47,886 bases of DNA from Octopus bimaculoides (Eukaryota), in contig NC_068999.1 in assembly GCF_001194135.2 (NCBI RefSeq), positions 22,533,249 through 22,581,134 on the forward strand. The letters are read 5' to 3'. Positions 10,807 through 23,293 of the stretch are shown here, one piece after another. The stretch's first letter is position 1, and each line of letters starts with the position of its first letter. Below the pieces are notes generated by a model. The model did not search any database, was not told the DNA's origin, and saw only the letters and a list, made by a program, of their open reading frames with translations. The translations under genes and the position numbers were made by a program.

Positions 10807-11474
10807 ATATTGATTATCTTTCACTGCAAAGTAATGTTTGCCTATAAACTCAGAAATGCCTTGTCACCTAAATCTAAGATTGAATTTATTAAGATGCACC
10901 ATTCAGTCAGCTTAGAATGTTGATTTTCACATTCACTTACTCTTTACAAGAAATGGCTGAGCATGATTTCTCTCATTCACAAAACGTCAATATCCATCCA
11001 AAGTTTAAAGAATCTTGTGATTAATTTACTGCCACTAAGTCATCTTATAACAGTGTGCTGGAGCAAATTACTATATTCAGTTTCTATTTCTTCCACAAAT
11101 GTTTGAATGATTGAGTGTATGCAATCAAATAAAATTTGTGACATGACTTGTTCTTTCACACATCACAGATCTAAATACTTTACGCTAAATGTTTGTTGAA
11201 GACGAATGCTGTGAAACTATAGGTTTTATACCACCTGTGCTGTTGTAAGAATTGTAGATTTGTTTAATGAAAACTTTGCCTACATCACAAATGTTTTTGC
11301 TTCTATTAGTTGTATTACACTTCTGATGTTTCCAAATGAGATTGTATTTATCAATGTTTGCACTTCTCCACCTCACTGGAACTGTCATCATAAGTGCATG
11401 TGCATTGCCATGCAAACTGATTGCTGAAGCTAGTTTTTCCATAAAAAATTAGCTTTGTTTCTCTAAATGAACAA

Positions 11475-11713
11475 TCATCATTCTTTCAACGTGCACTTTC
11501 CATGCTTGTGTGGATCGTATGGAATTTGATGAGGTGAATTTTCTATACACTCCCTGTCACTAACCGTCATCCATTTTGAAGTAAGGTAATATTTCCCCAT
11601 GACCAGACATGTTTTCACAGAAGATTGGAAATGAAGGAAGCTGCTTGTATGATGGCGAAACTTGCTTACAACTATCATGTGATGACAAGACAAGGAGACA
11701 GTACCTCCCTCCA

Positions 11714-11750
<37 letters not shown>

Positions 11751-11950
11751 TATTCTTTTACTTGTTTCAGTCATTTGACTGTAGCCATGCTGGAACACTG
11801 CTTTGGCTCCTTTCAGTTTCTATCTACCAAATCCATTCACAGGGTTTTGGTTAGCCTAGGGCTATAGTATAAGACACTTTCCAGTGCTATGCAATGGGAC
11901 TGGAACCCATGTAATTAGGAAGCAATGTAATTAGGAAGCCATGCCTGCAC
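11475..11950 (-). mobile_element. H-type SINE body and tail (11475-11705), (TA)n, and an internally deleted family C SINE (11750-11950)
   Basis: gtaatatttccccatgaccagacatgttttcac matches 9340-9370 in reverse. ttttacttgtttcagtcatttgactg and ctaccaaatccattcacagg match family C. Confidence 0.7.
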
Positions 11951-12379
11951 TTATATGGCAACATAAAATTGTCAGATGTCTTTTAATTGAATAAGAGCCA
12001 GAGAAAACCACTGGAAATCTTATGCTTTATTGTTTAATTGGCATGGAACATTCTTTCCTAATATGTCTTTGATTTGTCTGTGTTACTGTTTTTACTGAAA
12101 GACTAATATTCTTAAATAGATATATTTTTTCTGAGCATACTTCTTCAGCTGTTGCAAGATTTAATTTATCAATAAATTGCTTTTCTTCTCTAGTTAACAA
12201 ATAAGCTATTACAAACTAGTTTTAGTTGCAACTTCATTATTTCACCCAAGTGAAAAACAACTGCTGTGGTAATATATTCTCTTTCAAATGTTCATTATTT
12301 CTCATAGCATAACTTTCCTGTTAGGTCAGAATAGTGGAATGAATGCTTCATTTGGTAATGCCTACGTTGTTTTTTATTC

Positions 12380-12540
12380 AACCAGGTTAGCCCTATGTCT
12401 GAAGGCATTCTAGCAATGACTGTGTGCTTTTGTATCTCAAAGACTACATTATCTAAGGTCACTTTTACTAAAGATGGTAGATGTGGTTTGAGAGAGGTCT
12501 GAGTATTTCTTGCAGGTGAGTGACTGCATAGAAACTTCCT
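12380..12540 (+). mobile_element. Degraded family E repeat carrying a CAG|GTGAGT splice-like site
   Basis: actacattatc...aagatggtag...tttgagaga...tatttcttgcagg is collinear with 17400-17490 and the reverse of 14900-14990. Confidence 0.55.
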
Positions 12541-13329
12541 AGCCAGACTTTCTGTATAGAAGTTCCAACTGAATGTCACCTTCCCAGAAATCTGAGATAG
12601 CCTACAAAACATGGGTACTGCTCCTTCTTCTCATATGCAAAAACAAATTGTTAATCAGGGAAATCACTTTAAATAATTGAAAATAATATTCCTACATGTG
12701 TTTTTGATAATCTTAAGACTAAAATAAATCAAACATGTATGGATAATAGAAATGTTAAACAGACTCCTTCACTGTAACTAGTTCCAGCATTAATTATGAA
12801 CGTTATCAAGTTTTCTAACCTTATCCATTGTATATGCATATAATGTTATTGAACAATGAATAATCTAATAAGTTCTCTTGTAGAAACCAATATGAATCAA
12901 TATTAATATGGTATGATCTGATTAACCAAAAAATCATAAGGTTTATAACAAAAGAGAAAATGTTAAGTTTGGAAACAAGATGATGTGAATAATAAATTCT
13001 ATGCTGTTTAATCAAATTACAAAGAGAATGCAGGTGATAATTTGTTATATTAATGTTTTCACAATCCAACAAGAAATATTTAGAAAACCAATTCAGAATA
13101 AAACCAATCATTTCTGAAGGAAATACTATTATTTCAATCTTTCAGCTATGTTAATTTTTGCACAATTCATCTCTGTTATTGTGTGTAGAACCAGTAGTGT
13201 TTAATCCAGTATTAAGATTAACCATTATAGTGATAAACATTTTCAAATTATTAATTTGAATGAAGGGGCAATGAAGAGTGCATATGAGGAACTGAAGGAG
13301 AATTAAAGTATATTTTCATAACAGGGATA

Positions 13330-13815
13330 TACAAGGGGGTAGCCATAAGTAACCGGAAACGTTCTCTGTGGGACAAGCCTGTTGTAGTTCAGGCTTCCAC
13401 TGCAAGAAGTCACTTGATGTGACTCTCGGGCATCAGTCTGCTGATTAGCATTGCTGCCTGGAGTTGTAGTGTCATGTGGTGTGTTTTTGTTCTGCAGTGC
13501 TTCTCTGTTTGTCAATTTTTGCATTGGTTGAAATGAAACGACAGTGTGCTTTCATGAAATTCTGTTTTCTGCTGGGGAAAATGGCAGCCAAAACAGTTCT
13601 GCTTCATATAGCTTACAAGGATGCTGCTATGAACAAAACGCAAGTTTATGAGTGGTTTTCACATTTTAGGAGTGGTCACTTGTCACTTGAAGACCAACCT
13701 CATTCAGGGCAACTGTTGACCTCTCAAATTAATGAAAACATCATGAAAATTCATGAATTATCTTGGAAGACCATCACCGAATAATTGATGAGCTTGTTGA
13801 TATGACTGGAGCTCT
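13330..13815 (+). mobile_element. Mariner transposon 5' fragment (left TIR plus N-terminal HTH of transposase), pseudogenised
   Basis: TA then caagggggtagccataagtaaccggaaac TIR-like start. ORF MKRQCAFMKFCFLLGKMAAKTV...KTQVYEWFSHFRSGHLSLEDQPHSG resembles the Mos1-family HTH. No DDD domain and no right TIR seen. Confidence 0.8.
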
Positions 13816-14497
13816 GGCCAATGAGCAAAAGTCCCATTTTTGAAGTGGTCTCTTACGAATTAATATTAGTATTTTAATTTAAAAAAAAAATGAAAGTGAA
13901 ATCTACTGGTAAAGTTTCCTCATTTGTGAAATTTTAAACAGCAAATAAAATATTTTCACCTTCAGATATACTGATATACTGCCACAATATAGTTTACACG
14001 AGTCATTGATTCTAAGACAAGAGAGAATGATATCAAATGTTTACTTGTCTGTTGATGAAAACAGATAAATTGGCTGGTACTATGTTTACCCTGATACAAT
14101 TGCCTCTTTTCACCTGAGCTAAAAACATTTTAATCCATTACTGCATGCCATGTTATACATGACATGTACTGATTCTTATACCATTAAATATGTAATGGTT
14201 TCTCATTCAACAGGTGACACTTTTAGTTTTTCACTGGTTTCATATGGCACCCAGCAATTTGAGCATCTATCCACTCTTTAGCTTTCTGCCATAATGTAGA
14301 AAACAGTACGCTATTGAACTGACTACTTGTCCATTCACATTTTCAGCTGTCTTAACAAGATGCATTTCATTTGAATGATAAACAAAATTCCTGAATGACT
14401 TACTCTCAAGAGAGTTATGTTTATCAGCAAAACAATATCTGATTTCATTAATGCAAAAATATAAGCTCCTTACAACATGTTTCATATAAAGTTTTTA

Positions 14498-14708
14498 TTA
14501 ATTCTTTTGTTATCACATTTCTGTTGAGATACATTGCCTTTGTTTCAATTAATTTTGAATATAATGAAGATTTTAGTAAAATAGCTATGGTGTTTGGAAC
14601 ATAAATTAACATCTGATGGGAAAATTTAAATTAGATCACTTTAAAACGGAAAGTTTGTTTCATGAAATCCAAGGGCAGTCTCAGTTGGGTTAGTATTAAA
14701 AAAGTTAA
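14498..14708. mobile_element. piggyBac-like MITE family G (degraded)
   Basis: TTAA ends. Internal sequence collinear with 43096-43323. Confidence 0.65.
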
Positions 14709-15039
14709 TGAGATAATTTGAAATGTCGTATTTCTCTTCATATTGTTAATTTTTAGTTTATTTCCCTATTTTTTTTTCTTTTGTGAATACATGCTGTTTA
14801 ATTAAGGGGACAGTGTCCATGAATTTATTAGTTTCCCCACAGACTTTTGGGAAGATGATTTCTGTTGGAACTTTTTTAAGTAAAACCTGGGCAATAAGCA
14901 GTCTCAGCCTGTTAGAAATAACTGTTAAATCTCTCTCAAACTATACTTACCATTTTAAATGAAGGAGACCTTAGATAAAGTAAGATGGTCATGGTTGGAA
15001 TGTTTTTATTCATAGGGATGATCTGAGGGATAAACAACT

Positions 15040-16380
15040 ACAAGAACCAAGGCAGGCAGAGGAGAAATCCTAGTAAGCTATAGACCAGGGTAGTAGTTTC
15101 GTTGTAAAGAGTTTTACCAGGATCCAAAGTGTGATATACAGTTGAGATAAGTATTGTGTGGATCAAGTGTGTAAGGTGAAGATGTAGGCAACTGGCACAG
15201 TTAGAAGTCATTGTAGTTGTAGCAGAAAAAGCAGGAAGGTATTTCTTTTAAGCTTGTGTTTGTAGATGTGCGTGCACACGTGTGTGTGTGAAGCTTTTTC
15301 CATCTAAGTCTTTTTTAGTCAATCAGTACTGAAATGTAGATCATATCCGAGGATTTTTAGAGCTTGAAACTGATCACAGCTAAAGAATTTTCTGGCCCTG
15401 AATAGAATATGTAATCCTTGAGACAAGATGCAGTTTTAATAATGTTAAATAAATAAGAATACCACAAGGGATACAGATTAAGAGATTAGTTATTTGTAAT
15501 CACTTGAAGTTTAGTTGTCTGTTGTTTATGTTTTGGGAGGTGTAGTGCAGGACTATTCCTCTGATAAGTGTAGCATTTGTATCACTGGGCTGCTGAAGAA
15601 GTCTGTTGTCATATTTACATGGGAGAATATTTTTGAGTTTTGTTTTCATGAAAGCAGTTTGAGTCTGGATTGATTACATATAGGACATAAGTAGGTGGAA
15701 ATTTAAGGAGTCTAATTTGATGCAACAGTAGAACATTGTTATACAAAAGGAAGTGGGTGAGAGATATAACTAAACTCTGATGCAACTGAGTTGATAAAAT
15801 GGGACTCAGTTCTGTCAGTACGCATACTGATGGATTGTGACAAAGTAGCTTGATAGGTTCTGGCCTATGAGTGGGCACCTTCATTAGAAACTTTGCATGT
15901 CAGAAGCAGTTTTGCTTACATCAGGAGTTGTAATATTTTTACTTTTGCTGAAGAGCATGTTTTTAGCAGATCTGTTTCTATAGGAACCATGCTAGTGATA
16001 AAGAAGGAAGTTTGGAGGTGGTAACAGGTTGGAAATGAGTTCGCATTGTCAGAAGTTATGTTTCTTGAGAACGAGACATTTTGAAATGATTGTGTAAATT
16101 GGAATATATCCATTTAGAGAAGGATTAAGAGTTTGGCAAAGATAGAAGTGCATTGTTTGAATGTAATGAAAAGAACACTAAAGACAGTTCAGTTTGCTGG
16201 TTGAGGTGATTAAAAGTTTCCACATTTGGCAATTGTATGTATCTGGCAGTGGAACAAATAGATGGAGAAAGAAATTTGGGGAGGAGTTTTGTTTGTGCAA
16301 AATAGGTGGAAGTGAAACATGTGGCTCTATTATCAGTTGTGTTGTTTACAGGGCCATTTTGATGAATGGTTGAATGGTTC
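15040..16380 (-). mobile_element. Highly degraded CR1/L2-group LINE ORF2 relic
   Basis: Minus-strand patches IHQNGPVNNTTDNRATCF, ELSPILS and DSLNFHLL resemble the pre-RT and RT domain 1 region. FFCYNYNDF near 15200 resembles the C-terminal LFYRYYNG. Many stops and frameshifts. Confidence 0.45.
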
Positions 16381-16439
16381 ATTTCTCCCTCTGTCTCCAT
16401 TGTTTCATTTATTTTCTATTCCCTCACTATAAATACCTT

Positions 16440-17200
16440 CTCTTCTTTTAAGCCAAAATATAGAATCCAAGGACTCTCTTTACTTCATGATCAAGCATCG
16501 AAGAACTATCTTAAAACTAACATAGATACTATTGCAAAGACAGCTCAACTCTGTTACTCTGAATTGCAAATGACAAGCGCAAGGCAAAGAAAGACTTTCA
16601 GACCAGTAAAACATGATTTCAGGTGCTGGTGTCACAATAAAGTGCCATAGTCTGCCACTCATTTAAATCTTTGCTCATCTGTTGTCTCTTCCACTTCTCA
16701 AAGACCTCCAACCACTACTTCTTTTAACTGTCTCAGTCTGCATTGGGAGCACCTAAATCACCTCTCCTCTCTCTAAATCATCATTTTCAATATACATAAT
16801 TCCTCTTGGTTCATGCATGCAATCTCACTTTAGTGGAAGCTAAATTATTTGACATTATGAACTGTCTTGCACAAGTTAGTATCCAGCCTACTTGTATCTC
16901 ACCAATACTCTACAACCACTAGTGCACAGATGCTGATTCTTCTCTCTAGCTTTCATATTGCTATTAAAATGGCTTCTACTACTCCAAAATAACCAGCTAC
17001 ATACCTTGTTTCTCTTCTCGTCACTTTCCATATCCTGCTTTAATCATTTTAACTCATTTATTATTTCAAGAATGGTTTCCATCTTCACCCACACATTTCT
17101 TGTGAATGCCAGCTCACGTTTGTTACCAAATGTAGTTATCATAGAATTAGTGGAGTTGTGACAAGTTAGCAGAGTTGAATTTCTAGAGTTTGTAAGGAAG
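16440..17200 (+). mobile_element. Degraded CR1/L2-group LINE ORF2 C-terminus
   Basis: Patches SATHLNL, LKDLQPL, TLQPLVHRC, SSL*LSYCY*NG and MPAHV in the expected order for the post-RT region (SLQPLAHRR-VSSLSLFYRYYNG...LWNALPAHVF). Confidence 0.55.
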
Positions 17201-17479
17201 GGAATTATTAATAAGATTAAATGAACCATTTCTTAATCGAATCATTTCTTGAACAAATCATTTGTAGGTAGCAGAGTTTATTAGACCTGGAGGTGACAAA
17301 AAAAAATGTCAAAGTTGTTCAGCCCTAGGTCACTCCTGAACAAGCATACCTATAATCAAATGCATTCTAGGTATGACTGTCCTGTCTTTTCTACATACAC
17401 AGTGCATCTAAGAATACATTATCCAATGTGTCCTTCCAGTTCTAAAAGGTTGATGTGATTTGAGAGTTGAGAGACTGCT

Positions 17480-18000
17480 ATTTTTTAGCAGATCAAATGC
17501 CCCTCACCCATCAGGAGCTTCTTTGCTGAGAGTTGAAGTGTTGGCAAGTGCTGGGAGTAGATAAAGATGTTGATTTAGACCATTCAGAATAGCAAACTGT
17601 ATTCATCTGTGGCAGTGGCCAATGTGTGAGGATTGCTAGTTGTTAGAAAAATTGTGTGTAGAAATGATGCCAAAGAAGTTACTGGAGCCAGAATAATTGG
17701 AACCAGTTGTTACCAGCATTGAAGCAAGTGAGGTGACTTGTTGAGAGTAGATTGTGAATATGCAAAGATATCACATTTCAGAAAGAAGCTGGATTGTATA
17801 TATGGATTGTATATATGAATTAAACAGAAAATGTGTCGCACACAGAGAGATAGGACTTGTGGTTTGTAGTAAATGGTTGATAGGGTCAATGTTGGAAAGA
17901 TATTGGCTGGAATTATTTTCATATGTTCCTTTGTATTGATGCGTGAGTGTTTGAGTGTTTTAAATAATTTATGTTGGAAAATTTCATTTTTTGTATTTAA
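17480..18000 (-). mobile_element. Degraded CR1/L2-group LINE ORF2 C-terminus
   Basis: TLSTIYYKPQV resembles LLTLYKAQV. SNPHTL...EYS resembles HPHTL...YS. Confidence 0.4.
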
Positions 18001-18002
18001 GG

Positions 18003-18101
18003 TCACAAGCTAGCAGAATCATTAGTACTGGGGTCAATGTAACCAAATTACCCCTCCCCCAAAATTGCTGACCTTGTGCCAAAATTTGAAACCAATATTT
18101 C
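18003..18101 (+). mobile_element. Internally deleted SINE family B
   Basis: Head gcagaatcattag joined directly to tactggggtcaatgtaac...ccttgtgccaaaatttgaaacc. Confidence 0.75.
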
Positions 18102-20020
18102 ACTTTTGCATTTGGTTTGCAAGGTTCTTGATGTGAATGTGTTTGTTGAAACAAAATTTGTTATAACTTTGGAGGAGCATTATGTCAAGAATAAACACAT
18201 GCACTGATTCTGTTTCACTTTTATTAGTCAATTAGTTAATTAGCTGATTGTTTGTTTGGTTAGCTACATTTACCAGAGATCTTTCATTGCCATTTGTGAC
18301 CTTATTAATGACGTGCCCTCTCTACTCCAGATCTACTCTATAACTCTGTGTTTATTTGTGGCATAATGACCCTCCCAAGATACAAGAAAATGTTGCAATA
18401 TGTGTGGACATGTCAGTGTGTATATGTAGTTTAACATCTGAAATCTCTATTGGCAGTTATTTGTAATTCAAATTATTCAAAATCTTTCTCAATAAAGAAA
18501 TCTAAAACAATTTATATATAATAATCAAAATAACAGTTGATAATCAAGAAAACCACAAATTATTCAGAACTCTTGCTTTTGCTAATTATCTATTATTGCT
18601 TCACTGACTATCTAATGGTAATGTAAATTAAATATTAAATTTTAGATCTTTACAAATAGGCTCATTTTCTATTTCAACCCAACACTTAATTGCATTCCTA
18701 TCTTTTAAGCCTGGTATTGAGATGAATTTGTAATGTGCAAGTAACTATGGTTATTGAGATTGGAATAGCATACCAAGTGAGGTTAAGGGTTTAATATGGT
18801 GAGTGAGGCTAATGATGTAACAAAACAAGTGAAGCTGGTAGTTAGTGTGGCAATCGAGACTAAAATATATATTTTTTTAATAAAATAAAGCTGTCTTGTT
18901 ATCAAAAATGCTATTCACTATCTTCAAGTAACAAATATATATCTTTTGCAAATTACATTAAAAGGATTTGTAGAAACTAAACATTGTAAAAGAATTAATT
19001 AGATATGAGACAAATATGATTGATAGTGAAAATATTTTAGAATAGATTTGCAAATGGTTTTGTCTGACAAGGTGTTTAAAATACTAGTGAAGAAATTATT
19101 GTGCTTGTCATTGTGAATGAAATTAGCAACTTGATCTATAATTCAGGATTTTCACAGCCTGTTTGTTTCTTTGTGGTGGAGTTAAAGACATATGAAGCAA
19201 TCAAACCTATGTGTTCATTCACAAAATCTATTGGTAACCATACATCTGCAGTCATGTAGGTGGCCTGGGAATCAACCGTTCTTGCTCACATCAAATCTCC
19301 CATGTGCCTCCATCAATTAAGAAACTATAGAAGTGATGGGATTTATTTTTGCATATGCATTTGATATACTTACCACTGCAGTGAAAGTTCCATCACCTGT
19401 TTGTTTTTCCAAGAAGTTTGCACTGGACTCAGATTATAGTGAGGGTGGATTGATCATCCACACTTTCTCAGCTCTCACTTCCTATATCACTGACAAGAGA
19501 GTGAACGAAGGTTCCCAAGGATGTAGTGGGAAGGGCCAGGGAAATGTATATGTTATACCCAGCTGTTGGGTATAACCCTGCTACCTGTTAAAATTGACCC
19601 CTGATGGTTGAGTTTCCTTCAAATATGTAGGGTAACAAGCTTTTAAAACAATTCTACCTTATATTTAAAACTTAATTGCTACCATCAACCTGGTTTTGGT
19701 GGCCTCCCAATACCATTACCTAGGAGAGGTGCACTGCTGCATGCAGACTGTTCATTGAACTATAGGTTAAAGTTTAGGGCTAAGTGGAAGTCAGTGGTAG
19801 ATGAACCCTCTTGGAAAGAAACTGGTAACATCCCTACGAAAAGTATTGCTCCTAGTTCAAAAAACCATATATACAGTGTGATGTATCTAGTTAAATATGT
19901 ATACCATATTTCTGGGAGTATTGTGATCTTTGCTAGTTAGGTTCAGAGTAAGGCTGGGGTTGTTAAAACATGTAAGTCGTTTTCTGGAAATATTTTGTTT
20001 TGTGTTTGGTATCTGTTCTT

Positions 20021-20385
20021 AATTACCTCCACTTTAGCAAAGGTGGAGGTATTGTTTTCAATCGTGTTTATTTGTCCATGGACAAGATATCTCAAGAACC
20101 ATTGGATGGATTCAGATGAAACTTTCAGGGATGTTTGGCTTCATGACTGGCAGGAACTGGTTAGATTTTGGGATTGATCTGGTACCAGACAAAGATTCTG
20201 GATTATTTTTCCAAATTTTTTTACTTGATTTTTGAGATCTGTCAGGTTCATTTTTATTATTCTCGTTTGTGAGAGCAGTCGAGTTTGTTTCAGATATTCT
20301 CATTTTAAAAATCATCTCCGGCTAATCATTGAGGACGTTGGTGTTGCTTTGGTGGAGGTTTGCACTCTCAGAGTGCTCTTGTATT
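20021..20385 (+). mobile_element. Helentron-associated non-autonomous element (HINE/DINE-1-like)
   Basis: 5' subTIR acctccac (20025-20032) with adjacent inverted copy gtggaggt (20043-20050), 3' subTIR gtggaggt (20352-20359), 3' hairpin gcactc-tca-gagtgc (20362-20376), T-rich flanks. Confidence 0.75.
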
Positions 20386-20539
20386 TTGTTTTCACTTACT
20401 TGGCACCTTCTGTGTATATGTAAAGTGAGCAAAAGTTTGACAATAGGAAAGATGTCTAGCCATAAATCCCTGCCTCAAAAAGTCTATCCAGCCTGTGGCA
20501 TGTTTATGTATGTGTGTGTTATTCATGAATGTATATGTG

Positions 20540-20572
<33 letters not shown>

Positions 20573-20654
20573 ATATAGTTATGGTATATTCTGTTAAGAA
20601 CGCATAAAACTTGTCCACCTTCAGATTTATCCAGTATATATATATATATATATA

Positions 20655-20850
20655 TAGTTCAAATTTACAGAAAGCAAAAGACAGACAGGTGAGGGAACAG
20701 CAAGCAGGTGTATTAGTTTGACACTTGAGAAGAATAAAGAAGTTTTTGATGTTTTGAGCCTACACTCTTTGAGAGGGAAAACATGGAGAGAGAACCAAAA
20801 AGCAAAAATACAGAGAGAGAGAGAAGACATGTGTAGAATATAGTTCAACG
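20655..20850 (-). mobile_element. Putative Penelope-like element terminal remnant abutting (TA)n
   Basis: Minus strand ends ...ctgtaaatttgaac(ta)n. Contains the hairpin gagt-gtag-gctc followed by aaaac, resembling a decayed hammerhead stem II plus GAAA. Confidence 0.4.
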
Positions 20851-21629
20851 AGATATATGGGGGATTCTTTGAGGTTTAGTAACTTGCCTCATCACACTAT
20901 ATTCTGAAAAATGTAGATTATCTTCAGTGTGTATAGACATTGTAAGATGTTACAGCTTAGAGTTATAACTGCTGATAAGCATTGACAAGTACTTTATCAG
21001 CTTGCAGAACTGAACTGATGTGTTCCCTCAAGAAGATACAAAGATAGATGGTTTCTCCATGCAAGAGTAGTGGTTGTACTTAACTAATCTATGCCATACA
21101 AATTCAGACATGAAAACTTCAGGATCTTATGACTTCTTGTTAAGAAAATAAGAATGTTTACAGAATAAATTACTGTTGGTATCATTCAAGTCAATAAGGT
21201 TTTATGATGTTCTTAACTACTCCATTTTGTTCTTCATCCTTAAACCCATTCATATCTTACATGTGTGTGTGTATGTGTGAACTGAGTGTATGAATGTCTG
21301 CTTTGTATTTAGAAATTTCTGAAGAAATACTCACAAGACCATATCACTGGGATGATTTGTATAACATTTACTTTAGAAATAACAACCAAATTTCCTTCTG
21401 TTGGTGAAGAGAAGCAATGTAGAAAGACAGGAAGTTGACATGGTGCAGTTACATCAGTCTCTCTCTACTCCTCTCTCTACTCCTCTCTCTACCCCTCTCT
21501 CTACTCTCTTTCTCCCTCTCTCTGGCATAGTAGAATAAAAATAGAGAGAGAGGAGGAAGAGAGAAATGGTCTGATGGTGACAAAATGTGTGTGGCATCAA
21601 ACTGATTTTCTTCCTTCTGCAGTCTCTAT

Positions 21630-21856
21630 TTAACCCTTTGCCTTTCAGATTACTCTGTCAAATATAATGCCTATTTATTCACATTGTTTTGAATGACTCA
21701 TGGATTATCTTGTAGCTTTGAGATTTCAATGATGTGATTGTTCTAGTTTTATAATGACATTGTAGGTAGGTGTGCTAGACCTAATCTAATTGGTTCAAAA
21801 ATAAAACAGGTAGAATATTTTGGTTGGATATGGCCAGTTTAAATGCTAATGAGTTA
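21630..21856. mobile_element. piggyBac-like MITE family F
   Basis: ttaaccctttg ... aatgctaatgagttaa. Collinear with 2457-2672. Confidence 0.8.
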
Positions 21857-23034
21857 ATTTACACTCTCCCTCACATAGTGAAATAGAGCTTGAGATTGGA
21901 ATATGCACATCAAGGGTTTTAGACAAATAGAGAGGGAGAAAAATGGTAATGATGATAGTGGAATTTGAAAACTGGGTCAAGGGAAATAAATCATAATCTA
22001 GTGCAATGTTCTTTTTGTAGTCAGTGAATGCAGATTTCCCCCAAATCATACAGTGCTGGAAAGATTATAGATTTATAGTCAGAGCAATGTTCCATAACAT
22101 ACAGACTAATTGAACTCTGATTTCTTAATGTATTTAAAGGGATTCTATAGAGGAGTTACTCCTCCATCTATGTACATTTAATATTATAAATGTAAATAAG
22201 GTTAACTAAGAGAGAATACACAAAGCTGTATGCTGTTATAAAGAAAAGCAAAAAAACTTCTCTAGTGAATTTCTAAGAAACCTCATAATAATGGATTTAA
22301 TACTAGTCCTAATATCCAGAAACTTACCTCTATTACACTTCAATTAACCTATTGTTGATTTTTATTATGACTCAAAACACTTTGCCTGAATTCTTGCTAG
22401 CTTATGAAAGAATAATTTTTATTTTTTCATCAGTTATTTGATTGCTAAAAATAAATTACATAGATGTCTTTCAGAAGAACTGACAATTATGCAGTGTTTC
22501 CATTTACATAAGTGTATCAGTCTGTATATATATTACATTGTGAGTGTGTGTAGATGCATATACACATAACTGCTAGAATGCAACAAAACAAATATAAGAC
22601 ATGAAGCATACAAAATTACAACATTTTTATGCAAATGTGTCAACAAATCTTTTAGGAAACAATAAATTTGATTGCTACACCGACTGAATTCCTTCTAGCA
22701 CATTGACATTGGAGTATATCTAATGAATGAAACTGTTAAAGATCATTGTTGTACCTTTCAATGTTGAAAATGCCTGTTACAATTTTTTTCTTTGTTGTTT
22801 TAAAACCTTCATTAAGAATATTCAGTTCATTTTTCCAGTTGCATTTTTACTTCATTTACAATTACTTTAAGTTTCCCACATTCCTACTATATATATTGCA
22901 TAATATATATAATATATAGACACTCACATATAATGTATGTGAATGTAGTAAATACAGTACTGGAGGCTGACTAGCTGAGCAATATACAAGGTGCATTTAG
23001 TCTTTATGTTAGCACAGTATATTATTATTATTTT

Positions 23035-23250
23035 GTTTGGCAGCAAGCCAAACAATTGTTAGCCTGCTGGGCAAAATGCGTAGTGGTATTTCATCTGTCT
23101 TTACTTTCTGAGTTCAAATTCCACCGAGGTCAACTTTGCTTTCATCCTTCTGAGGTCGATAAATTCAGTACCAGTGAAACACTGGGGTCGATAAAATTTA
23201 CTAGTCTCCCTCCCACCAAATTTGAGACCTTGTGCCTCCACTAAGAAAGG
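23035..23250 (+). mobile_element. SINE family B (well preserved)
   Basis: gagttcaaattccaccgaggtcaactttgctttcatccttctgaggtcgataaattcagtaccag. Confidence 0.85.
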
Positions 23251-23293
23251 ATTATTATCATTTTGTTTTGTTATAAAATTATTTCTTTTAAAT

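Noticed and set aside
10204-10923. Long ORFs of about 180-200 aa in the ORF track
   Set aside because: Artefacts of the N gap and (TA)n. The same applies to ORFs at 25996-26355 and 35602-35978.
12295-12612. 105-aa minus-strand ORF
   Set aside because: Overlaps a degraded family E repeat, with no recognisable domain.
20363-20375. 13-mer cactctcagagtg shared by the HINE hairpin and the RTE 3' UTR (about 30953-30965)
   Set aside because: Short self-complementary word. Other RTE copies have different loops, so coincidence is likely.
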